DNA from: a virus
Taxonomy: Duplodnaviria > Caudoviricetes
Length of the DNA stretch: 59,819 bases
Reading direction: 5' to 3' (one strand)
Virus record (IMG/VR): IMGVR_UViG_3300044580_000450
Coordinates: 1-59,819 of that record
The notes beneath the pieces were generated by a model. It saw only the letters and a list, made by a program, of their open reading frames with translations, was not told where the DNA came from and did no database searches. This document shows positions 21,862-30,885 of the stretch, piece after piece; position 1 is the stretch's first letter; each line of letters begins with the position of its first letter. Made by a program: the position numbers and the translations under genes.

Positions 21862-22068
21862 TTAACCTAAAGGATCTTTTGAATTATGCTCGATAATGGT
21901 ATCTATCATATTAACATTATCCTGAATCTTTGATCGAACATTTTTTACAAAATGAACAAGATCCTGAAAATCCATATCTTCCGGATCATCATAATCATCT
22001 GGCAAATCAGTACAATTTTGTAAATTTCTCGAAATTGTTTCCAGCATTTTTAATTCAATCTTTTCCAT
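21862..22068 (-). CDS. Hypothetical protein
   Basis: ORF. Confidence 0.5.
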   Translation of the reverse strand: MEKIELKMLETISRNLQNCTDLPDDYDDPEDMDFQDLVHFVKNVRSKIQDNVNMIDTIIEHNSKDPLG

Positions 22069-22082
22069 ATTTTATATTTTAA

Positions 22083-22282
22083 AATAACCTGAGCGTAGCC
22101 GCGATTCTGTTTTATTCCATCATTTATCTATGCGCCAACCCGATCATCATAGAGCTGCTTTCCCTCTAGATCTGTTTGGTTTGCACCCTCCGCGGTAGTA
22201 ACGGCTTTCGCCTCCCGCGTCTAGCAGTGGTGTCGCGAACTTCCTCCAGCATTTCTGCCAGCGATGGATCCTCTTAGTTATT
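22083..22282 (-). ncRNA. rnpB: Minimal RNase P RNA (catalytic domain; specificity domain and P18 largely missing)
   Basis: GAGGAAGUUCGCGA and ACAGAAUCGCGGCUA (P4 halves), P1 AAUAAC/GUUAUU, P2 UCCAUC/GAUGGA, UAGAUAAAUG, GGUGCAA and an L15-like GGGUUGG. Confidence 0.85.
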
Positions 22283-22289
22283 AAAGAAT

Positions 22290-22535
22290 TCATACCCAGA
22301 CAGTAGAAGCATCCATCTGTAAAGATCTCCATGCTTCTTTTTCCAAGTCAAAATATTTCAAATTCGTTCCAGTATTTCTGGAGGAATCTTTAGGTTTAAA
22401 TTTATCAGGAATAAGATCTGGGTTCAATGTTCCTACTGCTTCACGAATTGCTCCGTCTGCTTTTTTATAGGAAAAATGAAGAGGCTGATCCCCATATAAA
22501 AATTCCCTAAGCCTATTAATATCAACTATTTCCAT
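22290..22535 (-). CDS. SH3-fold/WYL-like phage protein (DUF2693-like)
   Basis: F.Y.KADG.IREA.GTL and YFDLEK.AWRS. Confidence 0.75.
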   Translation of the reverse strand: MEIVDINRLREFLYGDQPLHFSYKKADGAIREAVGTLNPDLIPDKFKPKDSSRNTGTNLKYFDLEKEAWRSLQMDASTVWV

Positions 22536-22571
22536 AATACTTTTACTTCGTAAATATACAAAAGTTTTCTT

Positions 22572-23312
22572 TTACTCGTACTTATATTTCGGAATAAATG
22601 AAGATAATTTTTCTCTTTCTTTCAAAAAATCCGGAGTTATCAGTTTCCATTTTTCAATTTCAAGTTCCCCAGCTAAAGGATGGTTAAGAATTCCGATCTC
22701 TTTAACAAAAGTTCTTCCTCTCTTAAACCCCTCTGGTAGATCATTCCAATTCTGACCCTTCTGAAAGATCATTTCTTGCTGCTGACTCTGAGATTTACCA
22801 TTAAGTTCCTTATGAGAATAAAGGGACTGAGCTGTCATCGCAATAGAATTTCTGACTGCATCTTTCTGTCTCCAGATAAAATAATTTTCTACTTCAACAG
22901 GATCCGGAATTGTAAATACTCTTGCATCAAAGAAAGCAAGATCTGAATGATTGAAAACATTTATATTATTGAAAAAAGCTGCAGCCATAGCAGCTGAAAC
23001 AGAAACTATTTTTTGAACTTGGCCATCAAACCAAGCATCCGAGGTAATTTTATCAAAATCCGTAAGGAGAATAGAAATTTCGTCGGATTGAACATATCCA
23101 AGTTTTGCTCCCTGAATTTCTTCGCAAAGAAATTGGGTAGTGTCATCCATCATCGTGATAAAGTCCTCATCAAATGGTCTTTTCATTCCTTTTGTAAAAG
23201 TGTGAAAGGCTTTGCCATCAAGACGAATGATAGTATATGTTCTCCGCGGGAGAAACAGTTTTGTTCTTCCCTCGTAGTTTTCTTTCATCCTGTTTCCTAA
23301 ATCATCTTTCAT
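22572..23312 (-). CDS. thg1: tRNA(His) guanylyltransferase, Thg1/TLP family
   Basis: RLDGKAFHTFT, YVQSDEIS, FDAR and WRQ.DA.RNS. Confidence 0.95.
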   Translation of the reverse strand: MKDDLGNRMKENYEGRTKLFLPRRTYTIIRLDGKAFHTFTKGMKRPFDEDFITMMDDTTQFLCEEIQGAKLGYVQSDEISILLTDFDKITSDAWFDGQVQKIVSVSAAMAAAFFNNINVFNHSDLAFFDARVFTIPDPVEVENYFIWRQKDAVRNSIAMTAQSLYSHKELNGKSQSQQQEMIFQKGQNWNDLPEGFKRGRTFVKEIGILNHPLAGELEIEKWKLITPDFLKEREKLSSFIPKYKYE

Positions 23313-23338
23313 AACGTCAATTACTTTTTACAATTTTG

Positions 23339-23605
23339 TTATTTTTGACAAATATATTTGTCGTTATAAGTTTTTCTATAATACTCAAAAGCTTCTGCCG
23401 ATTCTTTTATTATACATCCCCTGCCAAACCAAATATTATCAATCAATTTCTGCATCGGATAATTAGGATCCAGGATCAGTTTGCAAGAATATTTTCCATC
23501 TTTTTCTTCAATTAGATAAATGCAATCCCCGTTAGCATCTTCTTTGCCAATGGAACAAACCCCTATTTTACAACAGGTCCCGCATCTATCACACTTCTTC
23601 ATTGA
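23339..23605 (-). CDS. Cys-rich Fe-S/Zn cluster protein (YkgJ-like)
   Basis: CDRCGTCC, CIYL and YSC. Confidence 0.6.
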   Translation of the reverse strand, partial: SMKKCDRCGTCCKIGVCSIGKEDANGDCIYLIEEKDGKYSCKLILDPNYPMQKLIDNIWFGRGCIIKESAEAFEYYRKTYNDKYICQK

Positions 23606-23969
23606 ATTTATCTTGAGCATATTTATCGATGTCAAAATAATTGATGGTTATTTCTTCTCCCTCCTCAATGTCACAAATAGCATAAACCTTTCCCTCATTT
23701 CCTATAGGCCTTGTATTTGGTTCATCCCTATGATTTGTGAACCTATCATTATCCGCTGGCAGAATCCATTTATCCAACTGCTTATCCCAATAAGCATATT
23801 TGTAAATGAATTCATATTGAATTTTGGAAAGATATCCGAATTGGTCAAGGACTATATCTATGCCTGGGGTAAATTCCCATATAAGGGCTCCCTTGTCAAT
23901 TTTTTGATCCGCAAAAACGCCAATCCCCTCTATAGAGCTCTTGGCAAGAACTGTTTTTACCTTTAACAT
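23589..23969 (-). CDS. SET-domain protein
   Basis: S.IEGIGVFA, RFTNH..EPN, DIEEGEEITINY. Confidence 0.9.
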   Translation of the reverse strand: MLKVKTVLAKSSIEGIGVFADQKIDKGALIWEFTPGIDIVLDQFGYLSKIQYEFIYKYAYWDKQLDKWILPADNDRFTNHRDEPNTRPIGNEGKVYAICDIEEGEEITINYFDIDKYAQDKFNEEV

Positions 23970-24220
23970 TATATTTCCATTTCAATTTTTATCATAGCCA
24001 TCCCCGCAAATGAATCCATCAAAGGAAAATCTTCTTTGAAATTCTTTTCAAAATTCAAAAGAAACTCTTCATTTAATTCATCAGCAGAAAAAATATCCTT
24101 GACATAGATTTTTTCAAGGTCTACAAATTTTTGAGTAGTTCTGGAATAATAAAATTTTACCCCTCTGTAAATTGCTACTGGTAAAATCCCTTTAAGGATT
24201 ACCTGCGATTTTTTGCTCAT
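23969..24220 (-). CDS. Hypothetical protein
   Basis: Coupled ORF. Confidence 0.5.
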   Translation of the reverse strand: MSKKSQVILKGILPVAIYRGVKFYYSRTTQKFVDLEKIYVKDIFSADELNEEFLLNFEKNFKEDFPLMDSFAGMAMIKIEMEI

Positions 24221-24232
24221 ATTTTTGATTTT

Positions 24233-24412
24233 TTATTTATTAGGAACTACAATCCATAAAATAATATAAGCCAGGATACTTGAAGCTCCAGCAAACGCAC
24301 CAATAACAAATAAAAGACGAACTAAGGTAGGATCCATATTAAAATATTCTCCTAACCCTTCGCAAACACCGCCAATCTGGCCGTTCCATTCATTACGATA
24401 TAATTTTTTCAT
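24233..24412 (-). CDS. pspC: PspC-domain membrane protein, 59 aa (not in the ORF track)
   Basis: Hand-translated MKKLYR..IGGVCEGLGEYFNMDPTLVRLLFV..AYIILWIVVP. Confidence 0.85.
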   Translation of the reverse strand: MKKLYRNEWNGQIGGVCEGLGEYFNMDPTLVRLLFVIGAFAGASSILAYIILWIVVPNK

Positions 24413-26339
24413 TTATCTGTTATCATTATTGGAAATACCATCATTCCTTTGATATTAACTTTTTCTTTTATGCTATCAAATCCATCACCACCAATTTTTA
24501 GAGGTTCCGGATCATACTCATAAAGACTTTTCAGAGCTCTTACGACTTTGAAAGTTACACCTTTTTCGCTGAATTTTTCAGCAATCCCGATTGTAACATA
24601 ACTCAATCCGCTATCATTTCGAGACCAGCCATAAGTTTTTCCAATTATGATAGGATCTCCGAGAGCATCGTAATGAGCTGACTTTTTTGTATTGCTAAAT
24701 TCTTTCATATTTTTTGGTTTTGTAAACTCCAGGCTACTATCTTTTGATGAACAAATTTTCCTTTAGATTTATCCTCAACGACTTGTCCTTTTTCGTTTAT
24801 ATCAAGCCAGGGTTCCCAGATCTCTTCTCCTGATTCTTCCCAGTTTTCCTTTGTTATTATCCAAGCGATTTTTCCCTTGGAATAGATGACCTTTACATTT
24901 TTTCCAGGTCCAGGAAACTGCGACATATCAAAGGACCAATTTTCTGTAGCATCAAGAATGGAAGTTAAGATATAAATTTTTACCTTGGTTTTATCAAGAA
25001 ACCATTCCTGACGATATTCACTCCAGCTCCGAAGTTCCTCTGCTTCTTTTCCATAAACATGAAACTCAACGTCTTCCGGGGAATAAATGACTAAATGAGC
25101 GGGTTTATCTTTTTTCTTAATAAGTTGGCCTGCTCTCCAGACTTCATTGAAAAGATGAATCAGATTTACTCCTCTTCGACGAATATTATTATCCTCGTAT
25201 TTTCTCATTTAATTCTTTCCTTAATCTGGGTTTCCTGACTATAAAAAAGATTCTTTGTAGCTTCAAAAGAAGCAGCAGGTTCAACTCCATTGGTCACACA
25301 AAGAGCATAAAACGGAAAATATAATTCCCGAATTTTTTCCTTTTCCTCATTATTAAGGGGAAGCTGCTGTTCAAAAAGCATACAAAATTCCTCTTTACCA
25401 ATAGGCTGGGTAATGTCGATTTGTTCAATTGTTCTCATAATTAATCAAATAAAAGGTCAAAAACGTAATCTGGTTCGAATCCATTTTCAAAAAGAACCTC
25501 TTCCGGGTCGGCTCCTTCTTTTACTCTTTCTTTCATCTCCATGATAGCTTCATCTGCATCTTCTTTAGAGCATTCAAGTTTATTCATGATTGCTAAATGT
25601 AATTCTGTCAATTTCATATCAGAAAGTTTTGCCGTTGAAAAACCAATAAGCAATTCCGATCATGGATACAAATCCGAGAAGCCAAAACCATCGAGGAAAC
25701 ATAGCAGATTTTGGGGCTGATTTTACCATATAAATAAACCAATCCATGAAGGTAAACCCCCCAAAAAATACCATCAAAATAACGAATAAAAGACTCCAGT
25801 TCATATATTATTTTTTAATCGGTTACGTCTTTAAAAAGTAAAGTATCCCCAATAGTAGTTAAAACTACGCAACGTTCAACACCATCAACATCACAAATAA
25901 TATGATTCCCTTCAATTGAATCTACAAGCATTCTTTCACTTCCAGACCCGGTATTGACCGAAATCATTTGTCCTGCTTTTAAACCACTAAGCCCCAGTTT
26001 TCCATTTTCTTTAAGTTTAATGGGATAACCTGTGGCATTGTAAAGTTCTTTTCCGTCTTTATCGAGAATAGTATCCTTCATAATAAAATATTTACAGGGG
26101 CTAATGTACAAAAAAATTCCCAAACTAAAAAATAATTTGGGAATTTATTTTATCGGACAAGTGCACCTGAATTTTAATTTATTACAATGGGGACAATATA
26201 ATAGAAACTCGGCTTCTTTTTTCTGATTCTCCTGATTTATTTTTCCGGAGCATTTACTGCAGAATCCTAAAGTTCCGGTGTCATAAGGATTAGTAATAGG
26301 ATTTCCGCATTTTGGGCAAACGTGGCCGTACATCGACAT
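24409..26339 (-). CDS. Run of small hypothetical ORFs (24409-24708, 24705-25208, 25205-25438, 25441-25617, 25619-25804, 25815-26081, 26145-26339)
   Basis: Tightly packed, same-strand ORFs. Confidence 0.55.
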
Positions 26340-26341
26340 AA

Positions 26342-26599
26342 TTATTGCTTTTTTTGAAATTTAGATTGTAAAACTGAAATTAGGTATTTAATAGGTTTTT
26401 TACCTGATAGCCAAAAATAAACACCAAAGAGGGAGGCTGAGACAAGGTAAAAAATACCAGTTGTAAGCCAATAGGATTTTGTCAAATCCAAGGTCATCTT
26501 GAATAAGACGTCGAAACCCAGCGGGTTGAAGAATGTTGCGAGCATGAGAATTGGAACTGCTAAGTTCTTTTTTCTCGTTTCGTTTAGGACCCTCATCAC
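26342..26599 (-). CDS. Small two-TM membrane protein
   Basis: LATFFNPLGFD and SYWLTTGIFY; hydrophobic. Confidence 0.6.
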   Translation of the reverse strand: MMRVLNETRKKNLAVPILMLATFFNPLGFDVLFKMTLDLTKSYWLTTGIFYLVSASLFGVYFWLSGKKPIKYLISVLQSKFQKKQ

Positions 26600-26619
26600 T
26601 TTCCATAGTCATCGTCATT

Positions 26620-27042
26620 TTACTCTCCTTTACCTAATCTCTTAAACTCTTCTTTTAAGTGATCTAACTCTTCCATGTCCGTTTTCATGATGTGGTTAGT
26701 TACCCAGGTATAGAGATATTCGCTAATTTCTTTAGCTAAAACTTTATCTTTTGTATTTATATATTTTTCCTTAAATTTTTGAACTTGATTCTTAAAATGC
26801 AAATGTTCTGCTTCATGGGTTTCGGTGAAAACATTATATTTTTTTAATATGCTTTCCTCCGCTTTCATGTGATAATCACCATATCGAACAATTTCATCAA
26901 TGATATATTTAATAATCATAGAAGATTTACCTTGATCGATCGAATCATCTAAAACTTTAAAAATATTAAAGAGATTTCTATGTTGAATATCAATCTCAAT
27001 AATACCAGTTTCTAGAGATTCATCCCGCAAAAGTTTTGTCAT
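26620..27042 (-). CDS. Bacteriohemerythrin-like protein
   Basis: TGI.EID.QH, H...EE, H..EH..F and W..NHI..TD. Confidence 0.88.
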   Translation of the reverse strand: MTKLLRDESLETGIIEIDIQHRNLFNIFKVLDDSIDQGKSSMIIKYIIDEIVRYGDYHMKAEESILKKYNVFTETHEAEHLHFKNQVQKFKEKYINTKDKVLAKEISEYLYTWVTNHIMKTDMEELDHLKEEFKRLGKGE

Positions 27043-27072
27043 TTTAACGGATTTTTACTATTTATCCGTTTT

Positions 27073-27849
27073 TTATCTTTCAGAAAGCCACTTAAAGTCA
27101 GGAAGGGTTATTTCTCCTTTTTCCTCTTTGTCCTTTAAGAAAAGATAATATGCTTTTGCTTCAACAACACCATTTACCCAGGCAAGATTACAAAATTCTT
27201 CGGGGGTATTACAAGCGGCCATATATCCTATTCCAAGACAATAAAGGGTTCTTTTTACTCCATAATAGCCATCGTGAAATTCCTTTCGGGTCTGCCTCCA
27301 ATCTCTCCCCCATTCAAGATCCTTCCTCATTTCTTCAACAAACGGGGCAAGCATTTTTATAATAACATCTTCCTGTCTTTTGGTATCTTCTCCAAAGTCT
27401 CTTACTCGAGCTTTAATTTTTATAGGATTTGCTATTTGTCCTCTTTCATAACCCTGATGCTGATGAGGGTTAAAATCTGTTGTCATTTTATCAAACCACG
27501 GATAATAATGACGAATCATCCACATAACTTGATTCTCATCATTTACTTCTGCAACAGCATAGTCCCAATATTTCTTTTTCTCTTCTGGAGTATCTCCTTT
27601 CACCATCACCCCCTTGCCATCCATCCAGTCCCAGAGATCTTCTACAGAACACCAGCATGAATTAAAAGAAAACTGATTATTAGGATTTATCCAAACTTTA
27701 ATATTAGGATCTCTTTTATCCACTCCACTATTTGATCCATCGAAAAGATCATTCATTGGTTTACAAACAGGATGCTCGGCAAGATAATCAAATACGGTTT
27801 TACCTATATTCATCTGTCTTTTTGCATCGACTCCTCTTTGAAAATTCAT
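27073..27849 (-). CDS. Hypothetical protein with N-terminal FxRGxDxK tag
   Basis: MNFQRGVDAKRQMNIG. Confidence 0.65.
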   Translation of the reverse strand: MNFQRGVDAKRQMNIGKTVFDYLAEHPVCKPMNDLFDGSNSGVDKRDPNIKVWINPNNQFSFNSCWCSVEDLWDWMDGKGVMVKGDTPEEKKKYWDYAVAEVNDENQVMWMIRHYYPWFDKMTTDFNPHQHQGYERGQIANPIKIKARVRDFGEDTKRQEDVIIKMLAPFVEEMRKDLEWGRDWRQTRKEFHDGYYGVKRTLYCLGIGYMAACNTPEEFCNLAWVNGVVEAKAYYLFLKDKEEKGEITLPDFKWLSER

Positions 27850-28052
27850 AGCTTTAGAAGTTTATTTCTATCGCTAATATACGAAAAAAGATCGAGATAA
27901 AAAAATATTTTTTAAACTTCTTGAGTTCCGATTGGGCAAGAAAGATTACCATCAGCATAATCAGCCGGACCGGGAGACGTTGTTCCTAATTTTTCACAAG
28001 TAATCCAATCTAAAGCCCCCAAATTCCATGATAGAGATTTTCTCTATATATT

Positions 28053-28131
28053 TGTCGGCGAAGAGGGAATCGAACCCACATGCAACCAATTAACCTTTCG
28101 ACCGGGTATCAGCCGGAGGGTATATTCGCCG
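28053..28131 (-). ncRNA. Rearranged tRNA-like RNA with a GAT anticodon hairpin and no D-arm in the normal position
   Basis: Acceptor CGGCGAA/TTCGCCG and T-loop TTCGATT present; CCGG-CTGATAC-CCGG lies close behind the acceptor. Confidence 0.65.
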
Positions 28132-28136
28132 AAATT

Positions 28137-28210
28137 GTGGGCATACCGGGATTTGAACCCAGATTACGAGGTTATCAGCCGCGCGTCCTAACCAATTAGA
28201 CGATACGCCC
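28137..28210 (-). tRNA. tRNA-Ile(GAT)
   Basis: Cloverleaf; loop CTGATAA. Confidence 0.88.
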
Positions 28211-28214
28211 ATTT

Positions 28215-28288
28215 TGTCGGCATACCAGGACTCGAACCTGAATTACGGGGGTATAAGCCGCGCGTTCTCACCATTGAACTATATGCCG
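28215..28288 (-). tRNA. tRNA-Ile(TAT)
   Basis: Cloverleaf; loop CTTATAC; body similar to the adjacent Ile(GAT). Confidence 0.85.
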
Positions 28289-28291
28289 ATA

Positions 28292-28378
28292 TGCGGAGAG
28301 TGCGGGTAACGATCCCACCCGGGTTTTACCCCGACTCTAGTTTTCCAAACTAGTACCTTACCTCTCGGTCAACTCTCC
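28292..28378 (-). tRNA. tRNA-Ser(GGA)
   Basis: Loop TTGGAAA, long variable arm, atypical T-loop. Confidence 0.8.
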
Positions 28379-28996
28379 AATAATTTTTTCTTTCATGTTT
28401 TGATTATCATCCCAAGGAATTCGTATAATTTTCCATCCCTGCTCTAAAAGAAATTTATCTTTTTGAAAATCTTTTTCCTTTCTTTCTTTATAATTATGTT
28501 GCTTACCATCTATTTCCAAAGCTATTTTATTTGATAAAGCAAAATCGATAAAGTATTTTCCTACCTTAAATTCCTGTTCAAATAATATTCCTTCTTTTTC
28601 TAAAATATCTTTAGTTATTTTTTCAGGTCGTGACATCTTGTTTCGGGATTGCCAACCAATTGTTGTATCTCCTTTTTTATATCTTCTTTTAGCACTATCC
28701 GAAAAAAGTTTAGAAAGTTGTTTTTTACCTATTTCAGAGGATGCTCTTAATTGAGCTGAACATTTTTTACTACAGGTTTTTTGCTTTATTTTCTTCTTTT
28801 TAACCAAAAACTCCTTTCCACACTTTTCGCATTTTTTAGAAATCAAAGGATATTTTTCTTTAATAATCTTTTTTAATGTTTCTGAAATCAAAGAACGTTT
28901 ATTTTTTGTACTAAATCCTTTAGCACATTTATCCGAACAAAATCTGCCAGAACCATAAGTTCCATCATGTTCTTTTTCACAATATTCACATTTCAT
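28358..28996 (-). CDS. DUF559/Vsr-like endonuclease with Cys repeats, inserted in the tRNA cluster
   Basis: GSGRFCS, CSKKC, YFIDF, LEIDGKQH, KD.FL..QGWKIIRI. Confidence 0.85.
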   Translation of the reverse strand: MKCEYCEKEHDGTYGSGRFCSDKCAKGFSTKNKRSLISETLKKIIKEKYPLISKKCEKCGKEFLVKKKKIKQKTCSKKCSAQLRASSEIGKKQLSKLFSDSAKRRYKKGDTTIGWQSRNKMSRPEKITKDILEKEGILFEQEFKVGKYFIDFALSNKIALEIDGKQHNYKERKEKDFQKDKFLLEQGWKIIRIPWDDNQNMKEKIIGELTER

Positions 28997-29050
28997 ATCT
29001 ATTATACTAAATAGACTTTGAAAGTTTCGAATAGAGGACTTTGTCCTTAA

Positions 29051-29123
29051 GAGCTTCTACGCAGCCTCGAACTGCGGACTCCGGTATACCACACCGGTAT
29101 TTTACCGACTGAACTATAGAAGC
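29051..29123 (-). tRNA. tRNA-Thr(GGT)
   Basis: CCGGT-GTGGTAT-ACCGG. Confidence 0.85.
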
Positions 29124-29126
29124 AAT

Positions 29127-29202
29127 TGAGCCTACAATCGGGATCGAACCGACTTCTGCGCATTACGAGTGCGCTATCCTCTGCCTTCTAGACGATGCAG
29201 GC
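29127..29202 (-). tRNA. tRNA-Thr(CGT)
   Basis: GCGCA-CTCGTAA-TGCGC. Confidence 0.85.
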
Positions 29203-29210
29203 TTTTGTGC

Positions 29211-29294
29211 TGGGTGGAAGACGGGATTCGAACCCGCGTGCCCTAAGGCCCTGATCCACAGTCAGGTCGGAAACCACTACCGGTTACAACCACC
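29211..29294 (-). tRNA. tRNA-His(GTG) with encoded G-1 and an extended variable arm
   Basis: CCTGA-CTGTGGA-TCAGG; C73 discriminator. Confidence 0.8.
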
Positions 29295-29297
29295 ATT

Positions 29298-29386
29298 TGC
29301 GGAGGGTGAGGGATTCGAACCCCCGGGGCATTTACACGCCCTTCAGTTTTCAAGACTGACCTGATAGACCACTCTAGCAACCCTCC
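29298..29386 (-). tRNA. tRNA-Ser(TGA)
   Basis: TCAGT-CTTGAAA-ACTGA; long variable arm. Confidence 0.9.
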
Positions 29387-29390
29387 AAGG

Positions 29391-29478
29391 TGCGGAGAGC
29401 AGAGTATTCGAAACTCAAGCATTGTTAACGCTCCCTTCGCTTAGCAGGCGAGGACACCACCTCGGTGCGTTACTCTCC
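29391..29478 (-). tRNA. tRNA-Ser(GCT)
   Basis: Loop CTGCTAA; long variable arm. Confidence 0.8.
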
Positions 29479-29484
29479 AATGGT

Positions 29485-29576
29485 TGCGGAGGCGAAGAGA
29501 TTCGAACTCTTATGGCATTAAAACGCCACTCTCGGTTTTCGAGACCGGGCCATTGCTCTGTTGATGGTACACCTCC
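29485..29576 (-). tRNA. tRNA-Ser(CGA)
   Basis: Loop CTCGAAA; long variable arm. Confidence 0.8.
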
Positions 29577-29587
29577 AAAAATATGTC

Positions 29588-29622
29588 AAAGAAAAAGGGA
29601 AGGCTTTTTAAGGACCTTCCCT
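29588..29622 (-). terminator. Attenuator terminator upstream of the Ser/Thr/Ile/His tRNA operon
   Basis: AGGGAAGGT..GCCTTCCCT hairpin followed by TTTTCTTT. Confidence 0.8.
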
Positions 29623-29653
29623 GAGAATAAAATTGAAATTAAAATTAAGAGAT

Positions 29654-29734
29654 TCAATTTTGAGTCACAAGAAGGCCCGCCTGATCCGAGGATGAGGTAC
29701 TAATACTAATCGTATGTATAGAATGCCTTCTCAT
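29654..29734 (-). CDS. Leader peptide MRRHSIHTISISTSSSDQAGLLVTQN
   Basis: Hand-translated; codons 4-16 are only His, Ser, Ile and Thr. Confidence 0.8.
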   Translation of the reverse strand: MRRHSIHTISISTSSSDQAGLLVTQN

Positions 29735-29791
29735 TTTTTGGTTTTTTATATATATCAACTTATATGCAAGAAAAATACTAAGGTTTTGCAA

Positions 29792-30214
29792 TTATTTGTT
29801 ATTTATTAATTCTTCCCTAACTTCTTCCAGAGAAGACATATCATTTTCCGCCATCTCCTTGAAAAAGTTTCTTCCAGCTATCAAAGAATTTAATCTTCTC
29901 TGAAGACCCTTTGTTCTAAAGAAAGAAAATAAAGAAATGCCAACACATGCGAATCCAAACCACTGCGGAGCTCCGTAAAATATTCCAACGAAAGCCGGAA
30001 CAAAAGCCACCCAAGTCATAAATCTCATTAAAAGCATCCATGAAAAGCTAATATGGATTTTTTCAACGTACATCTGGTCATTCAGCCGGATGAATTTCAA
30101 GGGGCTTTCTATAAGAGCTTCATTAAAAAACTTATCCATTTCTTGACGATTTGAGAAACGGAAATCAGTTGCTTTAAACTTAAGTCCTTCGAATTCCATT
30201 GTTATTGTTGCCAT
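29792..30214 (-). CDS. Membrane protein
   Basis: Two TM helices; promoter box upstream. Confidence 0.6.
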   Translation of the reverse strand: MATITMEFEGLKFKATDFRFSNRQEMDKFFNEALIESPLKFIRLNDQMYVEKIHISFSWMLLMRFMTWVAFVPAFVGIFYGAPQWFGFACVGISLFSFFRTKGLQRRLNSLIAGRNFFKEMAENDMSSLEEVREELINNK

Positions 30215-30294
30215 CTCTTTTAATTTTAATTTCATTGTAAATGTACAAATAATTTCCTTAATACGAAAATATTTATCAGATAAAATCGTTAAAA

Positions 30295-30885
30295 TTAATA
30301 ATTTTTTTCAATATAATCCATTAATTTCTTGATATTTTCGTCTGCTTTAGGACCCATTATACCAAGACAGGACTTAAGAAATGCCAGCCTTCCTTTTTTA
30401 TAACTTGATAATGAAAGATGATTGAATTCCAATCTTATTTTCTTTTCAGTCTCAAAGAATTTTTCATACGATCCAACAAATCCAGCATTGTCCGCATCCC
30501 AAAAAATTTTTAAAAGAGGATCAGCAGGTTTTTTCCTATATTTTGTGCATTCAATCATTTCCCCAATTTTCTTAGCCATAAATGGATCTTCTCCTTTAAA
30601 TGTCTGCATAAACATTTGGAGAGATTTATCCTCGTTATCTCTAAATCCAGGGATATAAACAGCATCATGAAAGAATGCAGCTAGAATAAGAGCTTCTCGA
30701 TGAATAGGTAAAACAAAATTCCTTTTCTTTTCAATATCATATAAAATTTGATGAAGATGGTCTATATTATGATACTTCCTCCTCGGTTCGTTCCATGCTT
30801 CTTCAAGTAAACGAATAGTAAAATTGGATAAGTATTTTTCCAAAATCCCTCTATATTGAATAAAAGGGTTCATTCTATTTTCCAT
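30295..30885 (-). CDS. HD-domain phosphohydrolase
   Basis: R.YHN..H, FHDAVY, NE.KS and DAD. Confidence 0.85.
   Translation of the reverse strand: MENRMNPFIQYRGILEKYLSNFTIRLLEEAWNEPRRKYHNIDHLHQILYDIEKKRNFVLPIHREALILAAFFHDAVYIPGFRDNEDKSLQMFMQTFKGEDPFMAKKIGEMIECTKYRKKPADPLLKIFWDADNAGFVGSYEKFFETEKKIRLEFNHLSLSSYKKGRLAFLKSCLGIMGPKADENIKKLMDYIEKNY

Noticed and set aside
26570-26605. Hammerhead-like TGATGAG...CGAAAC on the minus strand
   Set aside because: Core is GUGAUGA rather than CUGAUGA, stem II does not pair, and it overlaps the start of a plausible membrane protein gene
27905-28045. Possible small ORF downstream of the tRNA cluster
   Set aside because: No convincing start codon or recognisable product
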